Source: an uncultured bacterium
Lineage (GTDB): Bacteria > Myxococcota_A > Polyangia > Polyangiales > Houyiibacteriaceae
DNA: 64,000 bases
NCBI GenBank assembly: GCA_938024995.1
Contig: CALJDU010000034.1
Coordinates: 18,046 to 82,045 of the forward strand
Direction: 5' to 3'
Shown here: positions 55,481 to 64,000 of the stretch, piece by piece
Numbering within the stretch: position 1 is the stretch's first letter
Layout of the letters: every line of letters begins with the position of its first letter
Program-made: the position numbers and the translations under genes
The notes under the pieces: model-generated
What the model saw: the letters and a program-made list of their open reading frames with translations, nothing else
The model's database searches: none
What the model was told of the DNA's origin: nothing

Positions 55481-57486
55481 GTGGAAGGTCCCCTCGACAT
55501 CCGCGACGTTTTTCCGCCTATCGGCGGTGCGGAGTGGCGCGCCCGGGTCGATGACCTCGACGCGATGACGACGGTCGTCGACGAGGGCGTAGAGCACCGC
55601 CCGATCTATTTCCGTGAGGACGCGGAAGGCGGCGCCGCCGTTGGGGTGCCCGGAGTCGCGCCCTATGTACGCGGTACACGTGCCGACGCTGCCGCGTGGA
55701 CCGTTCAGCAGCGCTACCGTCACCCCTGCGCTGAGCACGCGGGCGACGCCGCGGTCGATGATCTGGAAGGCGGAGCCGACGCCGTCTGGCTTGAGTTGGG
55801 CGCCGGCGCCGTGCAGGTCGCCACCTTGGAAGACGTCGCCGCCTTGGTCTCCAAGATCGATCGCGCCCACGTCGACGTTCAGCTCGAAACCGGGGCCGAC
55901 TTCCTCGCGATGGCCGGCGCGTATCTCGCGGTCGCGCGACGTGACGGAGTTCCGCTCGCGGATCTTCAAGGAGGGTACGGCGCAGACCCGATCACGACTT
56001 TGCTCCGGGAAGGGTCGCTGCCGCAGGGGCTCCGCGGCGCGCGTCTCGAGCTCGTCGACCTCGCGGCGCTCTCGAGTCAGCGAACACCGAAGATGCGGGC
56101 GTGCCTGGTGTCTGGCGTGACCTACGCAGACGCGCGACTCGGCCCGGTCAAACAGATCGCGTACTCGGTCGCGACCGCGTTGACCTACTTGCGCTGGATC
56201 GTCGCGCACACGAATCTCGACATGGCCGCGGCGGCGCGACAGCTCCGCTTCGCGATGGGTGTGGACAGCTCGTTCTTCTCGGAGATCGCGAAGCTCCGCG
56301 CGCTCCGCTGGGTCTACGCCAAGATGCTCGCGGCCCACGACGTCGATGAGCCGATGGATCTCCACGTGACCACGGCAGCGCGCGCCGTATCCGCACGGGA
56401 CCCCTACGGGAATTTGGTGCGAGGCTCGTCCGCGACGGTCTCCGCGGTGTTCGGCGGTGCCAATCGAATCGCCGTACGTCGCTTCGATGAGCGCGTTCGC
56501 CAAGCGGATGAGCCGGCGCGTCGATTCGCGCGGAACACCCAGCTGGTCTTGCGAGAGGAAGCGTCGCTGCACCGCGTCGTCGACCCCGCCGGCGGGAGCT
56601 GGTTCGTCGAGCGGTTGACTGAGTCCCTCGCGCGCGCCGCCTGGGAAGAGCTTCGGGAGATCGAGCGCTCTGGCGGGCTCATCGAGGCCATACGCACGGG
56701 TCGCGTCGCGGGTGCCGGGCGCGCCGCCGTTCTCGATCAAGAGAAGCGCGAGGCGATCCGGCAGGTGCGCGTCGTCGGCGTCACCGACTTCGCCTCGCTG
56801 GACGAAGAGCCGCTCCCGCGCGACAAAGACGTTTCACGCGCGGAAGCCGAGTCCCGTCTTGGCCGAAACACGAACCCGATCGATCCAGAAGCGGTTCACC
56901 GCGCGCTGGTGATGTTGGCTTCCTCGATGCGCGCGCCGGTCGGCGGCGGGGCGGTTTCCGAAGCGGCGATCGAAGTGATCGCCGCTGGCGGAGACGTAGC
57001 GAGCGTGTCCGACGTCTTGCGGATTCACCGCGCCGCTCTCTACACCGTCCCGCTCGCGCCGGTCCGACCCGCTGCCGCGTGGGAGGCGCTCCGGACCGCC
57101 AGTGATCGCTTCTTCACGTCACGAGAGGCGCGCCCGCGAGTGTTCGTGGGTGGCGTGGGCCCGCGACGAGAGTGGGCTGGCCGCGCTACGTACCTCGCGT
57201 CGCTGCTCAACGCGGCGGGCATTGAAGCGCGCTTCTCAGAGCATGATGATCTGGACGAGACCGTCGCCAGCGCCGAAGGGGATCGGGTCGCGTTCGCGCT
57301 CTCGAGCGATGCGCGCGCGAGCGAAGCCGGCGGGCTCGCCGGGCGACTCAAGAACGTCGGCGTCAACATGGTCTTCGCGCTTGGGTCACCTGACGAACCT
57401 GCTGACGCGATCGACGGATACGTCAAAGAGGGAGACGACGTCCTCACGCTCATGCGTCGACTGCACCGTCTCCTCGGGGTGACCGC

Positions 57487-57490
<4 letters not shown>
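55481..57490 (+). CDS. mutA: Methylmalonyl-CoA mutase, small (beta) subunit
   Basis: It has [44 protein letters not shown] and [11 protein letters not shown] did not see the B12 DxHxxG motif in the C-terminal domain. The start is GTG, and the stop overlaps the mutB start (GTGA). Confidence 0.85.
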
Positions 57491-59721
<2,231 letters not shown>

Positions 59722-59722
59722 C

Positions 59723-60685
59723 GTGCGGACCGCGGCGGAGTACGTCGACGGAGTCCGGTCCGGCCGTCGCGGCGGACTCGCCCGCGCCATCACGTTGATC
59801 GAGAGCGAGCGCAGTGATCATCGCGCGCTGGCCGCGGAGGTGATCGGCGAGCTCTTACGCGAACCCAAAGAGGCGATGCGGCTCGGCGTGAGCGGCGTTC
59901 CTGGGGTGGGGAAGAGCACCTTCATCGACACGCTCGGCGCGACGCTCTGTGAACAAGCGCGGCGCGTCGCGGTCCTCGCGGTCGACCCCTCGAGCGCGCT
60001 GTCGGGCGGCAGTATCCTCGGCGACAAGACCCGGATGGGACGCTTGAGCGCGCACCCGAACGCCTTCGTTCGACCCTCGCCGACCTCCGGGAAGCTGGGC
60101 GGGGTAGCACGTAAAACGCGTGAGACGATCACGCTCTGCGAAGCGGCTGGCTACGATATCGTGATCGTCGAGACGGTTGGCGTGGGACAGTCTGAGACGC
60201 TCGTCGCGGAGATGGTGGACCTCTACCTCGTGCTGATGCTGGCGGGGGCGGGCGACTCGCTACAAGGGATCAAGCGGGGCATCCTTGAGCTCGCGGACCT
60301 CGTCGCGATCAACAAAGCAGACGGGGACAACGTCGAGCCCGCGAAGTCCGCGGCGGCTGCGTACAGCAACGCGCTGCACTTGATGCGCGGCGAAGACGTC
60401 CCGGTGACGACGGTGAGCGCGCTGACCGGTGACGGAATCGCGGAGCTCTTCGCGATGATCGAGGGACACTACGCCACGTTCCAGATCGACGGGACCCTCG
60501 CCGCGAGACGGAAGGCGCAGTCCGTTCGATGGATGTGGCAGCTCGTTGAGCAGACCCTGCTCGGACGGCTACGGAGCGAACCTTCGCTCCGCGCGCTGGG
60601 TGAACGCCTGGAAGCCGCGGTGGGCGACCGCAGCGAGACCGCGTGGCGCGCCGCGAAAGAAATCGTCGACGCCTACCTCGAGTAA
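59723..60685 (+). CDS. meaB: Methylmalonyl-CoA mutase-associated G-protein chaperone (MeaB/ArgK)
   Basis: It has the P-loop GVPGVGKST, IVIVETVGVGQSE and the NKxD motif INKADG. The GTG start at 59723 lies 1 nt after the mutB stop. The track start at 59648 overlaps mutB. Confidence 0.9.
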   Translation: MRTAAEYVDGVRSGRRGGLARAITLIESERSDHRALAAEVIGELLREPKEAMRLGVSGVPGVGKSTFIDTLGATLCEQARRVAVLAVDPSSALSGGSILGDKTRMGRLSAHPNAFVRPSPTSGKLGGVARKTRETITLCEAAGYDIVIVETVGVGQSETLVAEMVDLYLVLMLAGAGDSLQGIKRGILELADLVAINKADGDNVEPAKSAAAAYSNALHLMRGEDVPVTTVSALTGDGIAELFAMIEGHYATFQIDGTLAARRKAQSVRWMWQLVEQTLLGRLRSEPSLRALGERLEAAVGDRSETAWRAAKEIVDAYLE

Positions 60686-60686
60686 G

Positions 60687-60753
60687 CGCGAAGCGAACTC
60701 ACGGGAGCGAGCTCAGAGCGAAGCGAACGTTTGGGTGAATCGCCGCAGGCGAG
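60687..60753. repeat. Intergenic repeat copy A: cgc + 30-bp unit (GAAGCGAACTCACGGGAGCGAGCTCAGAGC) + 34-bp tail (GAAGCGAACGTTTGGGTGAATCGCCGCAGGCGAG)
   Basis: Read directly from the sequence. It begins 2 nt after the meaB stop and is identical to copy B except that it has one 30-bp unit rather than two. Confidence 0.9.
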
Positions 60754-60847
60754 GCTCGTTGTCAAAGCGCCGGCCAGAACCCCTGAAGACGAAGTCTTCG
60801 GAACCGAGTTCCCGGGAGTTCGCAAAGGCGCGTGCGCCGAAGGCAAA

Positions 60848-60944
60848 CGCGAAGCGAACTCACGGGAGCGAGCTCAGAGCGAAGCGAACTCACGGGAGCG
60901 AGCTCAGAGCGAAGCGAACGTTTGGGTGAATCGCCGCAGGCGAG
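60848..60944. repeat. Intergenic repeat copy B: cgc + 30-bp unit x2 + 34-bp tail
   Basis: Read directly from the sequence. With copy A this gives five GAAGCGAAC cores, at 60690, 60720, 60851, 60881 and 60911. Cores within each copy are 30 bp apart. Confidence 0.9.
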
Positions 60945-60945
60945 A

Positions 60946-60964
60946 GGGTCTTCGAAAAAGACCC
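60946..60964. terminator. Stem-loop GGGTCTT-cgaaa-AAGACCC between convergent genes (possible bidirectional terminator)
   Basis: It has a 7-bp perfect stem and a 5-nt loop. It is followed on the + strand by TTATAAAAATAT and preceded on the - strand by TATTTTTATAA. It lies 11 nt from the stop of the - strand gene at 60976. The U-tract is imperfect. Confidence 0.45.
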
Positions 60965-60975
60965 TTATAAAAATA

Positions 60976-62190
60976 TCAGCCGCCCAGTCGACGGTTGAAC
61001 TCGTCCCGAATCTCTCCATCCGACGCGAACACCTCTTCGATGTTGTCGGAGTTCACGAGGCACTTGGTCAGCTTCTTGAGCATGTGCTTCGGCGAGCGCG
61101 CATCCGCGGCGGCTTCCATGAGCTCGGTCAGGAGATGCTCGGTCATCCGCTCTTCGACCTCGAGCAGCTCTTTCTGCGTGAGCGTCGCGACCGTGTCGGT
61201 GATCGCTTGCCGGAGCATCCGCGTGAACGGCGTGTCGGGGATCGCGTCTTCTTCTTCTTCTTCCTCGTCGTCGCCATCGAGGGCCATCCCGAGCAGCGCG
61301 GCGAGCGGGTCGGGCTTCTTCTCACGAGGTGCCGCGCTGGCGCGCTTCTTTTTGTCCGCTTCTTCCCGCCACGAGTCGTGGAGCTGGATCCACATCGCGG
61401 CTTCTTCCGCGAGTTCGCCGTCTTGCTGCGCGGTCTCGATCGCGAGCTCGGGCGCGGTCTTGCTCAAGATGCCGAGCGAGAGGTCATCGAGGTGATCGAA
61501 GAGCAGCTTGAACGCCCCGACCAAATCGTTTTCGCCGAAGCCGTTCGGGAGCTCTACCGTTCGCTGCTCGACGAAGCTCGCCAAGAGGTAGAGCGCGAGC
61601 TCCTCAAACTGATAGGGGTTCTGCTCATCGGGAATGGGCGCGGGCGGAACGGGATCGCCGACCGGCCACTGACCGCGCGAGAGTCCGTCCCAAACCTCCG
61701 GGAGCGGCGCGTCGTAGAACGCCTCGAAGAGGTCAAAGCGCTCGCTTGGATCCACGGCGGACTGCTCTGCCGCGAGCGCCGCCTCCAGCTCGTCATCGGC
61801 GAGCGGGCTGGTGCCGCTCCGTGAGGCGTCCATCAGTTGCGTGAACCGAAGCATGGCGGGGAGGGTCGCCGTGTGAGGCATCGACGGCTGACCTTCGAAG
61901 GTCGACCGCACGCTCTTGGTGTCCGGGTCGATCACGTAGACCCAGGGCGTCCCGTTCTGCCTCACCGCGACGCAACCGGCGAGCCCCGCGGACGTCACCG
62001 CGCGAGCGATGTCGCGGTCTTGGGCGAACGCCAGCTCAGCGAACGTTTCGCGCGTGAGGTCGGCGACCTCGAAGTGCGCGAACCGTTCGAACAACAGCTC
62101 GAACGCTGCGGGATCCGCTGGAAGCGCAGTATCATCGCGACCCGCCAGGGCGGCCTCGACGTATGCGTTGCACACCTCGTGTAGCTCCAC
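60976..62190 (-). CDS. Hypothetical acidic protein
   Basis: This is a 404-aa ORF with a GTG start and ordinary acidic composition, including a DGDDEEEEEED run. The opposite-strand ORFs 60832..61824 and 61995..62837 are Arg-rich shadows. No family is recognised. Confidence 0.6.
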   Translation of the reverse strand: MELHEVCNAYVEAALAGRDDTALPADPAAFELLFERFAHFEVADLTRETFAELAFAQDRDIARAVTSAGLAGCVAVRQNGTPWVYVIDPDTKSVRSTFEGQPSMPHTATLPAMLRFTQLMDASRSGTSPLADDELEAALAAEQSAVDPSERFDLFEAFYDAPLPEVWDGLSRGQWPVGDPVPPAPIPDEQNPYQFEELALYLLASFVEQRTVELPNGFGENDLVGAFKLLFDHLDDLSLGILSKTAPELAIETAQQDGELAEEAAMWIQLHDSWREEADKKKRASAAPREKKPDPLAALLGMALDGDDEEEEEEDAIPDTPFTRMLRQAITDTVATLTQKELLEVEERMTEHLLTELMEAAADARSPKHMLKKLTKCLVNSDNIEEVFASDGEIRDEFNRRLGG

Positions 62191-62333
62191 GCGGCCTGTC
62201 TAACACCTCGTCGAGAACTTGGCGACGCGAACGCGCCATCAGAATGGTCTCCGCGTGCACGGAAACAACATGCCAAAAGTGCGCCACTTGATGGGGAGTT
62301 CTCTGCGTCCGGCGCGCTGGTGGTCGCGTTCGG

Positions 62334-63500
62334 ATGCGTTCTACACTTCGCGCCGTGGACGTCCCGATGATCACGACCGAAGAAGAACTGGCCGACGTAC
62401 TGGCCCATCTGATGAAGGTGGACCGATATGGGCTCGACACGGAGTTCATCCGGGAGCGGACCTATTATCCAAAGCTGGCGCTCATTCAGATCGCGTGGGC
62501 GGATGGGCTCGTCCTGATCGATCCCCTCGCGGTCAACGTGGCGCCGCTCGCTGCGCTTTTTCGGCGGGAGGACGCGCTGGCGATCGTCCACGCCGCCTCG
62601 CAGGACCTCGAGATCCTCCTGCAGGAGGTCGACGCGATCCCGGCGAAGATGTTCGACCCGCAGATCGCGGCCTCGTTCTTGGGGATGTCCTCGCCGTCGC
62701 TGGCCAAGATCCTCGCCGAGATGCTCGAGGTGCAGATCGACAAAGGTGCGCAGCTCACGGATTGGACGCGACGACCGCTCCCGAAGGACGCCCTGCGGTA
62801 CGCCGCGAGCGACGTGGAGTATCTCCTCGCGCTTCACGACGAGCTCGAGGCTCGTCTCCGAAACGAAGGTCGGCTCGGCTGGGCGCTTGAGGAGAGCGAG
62901 CGCTTCCGTGCCGTCGACCGCGGGCCCAAGGATCCACTCCGCGCATGGTGGCGGCTCAAGGGACGCGCGCGCCTACGACGACGGGGACAAGGCGTCGCCC
63001 AAGCGCTCTGCGAGTGGCGCTTGCTCACCGCTCGGGAAGAAGACCGACCGGTGAAGTGGATCTTGAAGGACGTCGCGATCCTCGGGATGGCCCAGCGCCC
63101 ACCCAAAGACGCGCGCGCGCTCACGAAGCTCCGTGGTGTCGACGCTGGTCAGGTGAAGCGGCGCAGCAACGGGATCCTCGGCGCGGTGGAGCGCGGCCTG
63201 TCGATGAGCGACGAGGACCTCTGCCTCCCGGCGCCCAAGCCCGACCGTGCGTCCGGTGATATCGCCTCCATCGCGCTCCTGGCGATGGCCTGGGTTTCCG
63301 CCCGCTCGGAAGAGACCGGCGTCGACGGCGCGATCTTGGCGACCCGCGACGAAGTGCAGCGATGGCTCCGAGACGATCACGATGTCCGCTTTCTGTCGGG
63401 ATGGCGCCGTGAGCTGCTGGGAGCCGACCTCGAGGCGATCAAGAGCGGTGAACGCGCGGTCACGGTGGCCGCCGATGGGCTCGCGTTGGTCGCCCCGTAG
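62334..63500 (+). CDS. rnd: Ribonuclease D (DEDDy 3'-5' exonuclease with HRDC)
   Basis: It has exo I YGLDTEF, exo II VHAASQDLEIL and exo III YAASDVEYLLALHDEL. A downstream HRDC-like region is present. An alternative start is the ATG at 62367 (MITTEEEL). Confidence 0.85.
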   Translation: MRSTLRAVDVPMITTEEELADVLAHLMKVDRYGLDTEFIRERTYYPKLALIQIAWADGLVLIDPLAVNVAPLAALFRREDALAIVHAASQDLEILLQEVDAIPAKMFDPQIAASFLGMSSPSLAKILAEMLEVQIDKGAQLTDWTRRPLPKDALRYAASDVEYLLALHDELEARLRNEGRLGWALEESERFRAVDRGPKDPLRAWWRLKGRARLRRRGQGVAQALCEWRLLTAREEDRPVKWILKDVAILGMAQRPPKDARALTKLRGVDAGQVKRRSNGILGAVERGLSMSDEDLCLPAPKPDRASGDIASIALLAMAWVSARSEETGVDGAILATRDEVQRWLRDDHDVRFLSGWRRELLGADLEAIKSGERAVTVAADGLALVAP

Positions 63501-63552
63501 CCGGCGACGTCGGTCCTTGAGGAACCCCAAATCATGTCATAGTGCCGCCGCT

Positions 63553-64000
63553 ATGGATGGATTCGCGTCAGTCGAGAACTGGGTCAACCTCGGGATTCTC
63601 ATTTTCCTTCAGGCGGTGCTTGGGTTCGATAACCTGCTCTACGTCTCGATCGAGTCGAAGCGAGCGCCCGCCGACCAACAGCAGAAGGTTCGCCGGATCG
63701 GTATCTTGCTCGCGATCGCGCTCCGGATGATTCTGCTCTTCGTGGTGGTGGGCTTGCTCGATACGTTCGAGGCACCGTTCTTCGAACTCCACAACGGGTT
63801 TATCGACGGCAAGTTCAACTTCGCGACCATCGTTTTCTTGGTCGGCGGCGTCTTCATTATCTACACGGCGGTCAAAGAGATCCGACACATGATCTCGGTG
63901 GACGATCTTCAGGGCGAAGAGTCGGACAAAGGGAGCAAGAGCGCCGGCGCGGTCATCGGGATGATCGTTGTCATGAACTTGGTGTTCTCGTTCGACTCGA
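63553..64000 (+). CDS. TerC-family integral membrane protein, N-terminal part (runs off the right edge)
   Basis: This gene is absent from the ORF track because it has no stop in the window. Manual translation from the ATG at 63553 gives MDGFASVENWVNLGILIFLQAVLGFDNLLYVSIESKR..RRIGILLAIALRMILLF...IVFLVGGVFIIYTAVKEI. The GFDN motif and the TM pattern are typical of the TerC/YkoY family. Confidence 0.8.
   Translation, partial: MDGFASVENWVNLGILIFLQAVLGFDNLLYVSIESKRAPADQQQKVRRIGILLAIALRMILLFVVVGLLDTFEAPFFELHNGFIDGKFNFATIVFLVGGVFIIYTAVKEIRHMISVDDLQGEESDKGSKSAGAVIGMIVVMNLVFSFDS

Noticed and set aside
60686-60975. CRISPR array or small protein genes (ORFs 60546..60929, 60731..60970) in the repeat region
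   Set aside because: The 30-bp units are directly adjacent, with no unique spacers, and there are only three full copies. The ORFs merely translate the repeats (REANSRERAQSEAN..) and lack credible starts. The region is treated as a non-coding repeat array.
63501-63552. Mn2+ (yybP-ykoY) riboswitch upstream of the TerC-family gene
   Set aside because: Only about 50 nt separate the rnd stop from the TerC start. This is too short for that riboswitch, and I could not see its conserved helices.

Overview
This is a visibly GC-rich, gene-dense bacterial chromosomal window. I call about 50 CDS and see no rRNA, tRNA, CRISPR array, transposase or integrase. All calls come from reading the supplied ORF translations and the DNA by eye; no homology search or computation was run, so family names are motif-level recognitions. 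Many long ORFs in the track are Arg/Pro/Ser-rich antisense shadows typical of high-GC DNA and were discarded. Several starts were moved to internal ATG/GTG codons that expose signal peptides or lipoboxes, or that remove overlaps. Recognisable housekeeping genes include pyrD, purH, dus, rnd, mutA-mutB-meaB, two acyl-CoA dehydrogenases, tryptophan 2,3-dioxygenase, a FetAB-like exporter and a TerC-family protein. These are interleaved with many lineage-specific lipoproteins: FG-GAP, LVIVD, PKD/di-haem peroxidase and Cys-rich CxxxDxDCDG-type proteins, plus a PEGA Ser/Thr kinase. This mix suggests a Myxococcota-like host, which is an inference. The items most worth a second look are listed here. 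(1) An 818-aa protein fuses a pentameric ligand-gated ion-channel body to a C-terminal family-5 solute-binding domain and is start/stop-coupled to pyrD. (2) A four-module Cys-rich lipoprotein of unrecognised fold lies downstream of a PEGA kinase, in a divergon with FG-GAP and anchored proteins. (3) A three-gene envelope operon encodes a small membrane protein, an LVIVD/Ig lipoprotein and a PKD/propeller/di-haem peroxidase lipoprotein. (4) An overlapping ALDH / GMC oxidoreductase / membrane di-iron hydroxylase operon is functionally analogous to AlkH/AlkJ/AlkB. (5) There is an alkylglycerol-monooxygenase-like hydroxylase. (6) arsM is paired with a Cys-rich MarR regulator and has a palindrome in its AT-rich promoter. 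(7) A structured repeat array with a 30-bp period fills the convergent gap after meaB. I cannot demonstrate a clear novel multi-gene 'system' such as a defence island; the candidates above are hypotheses.
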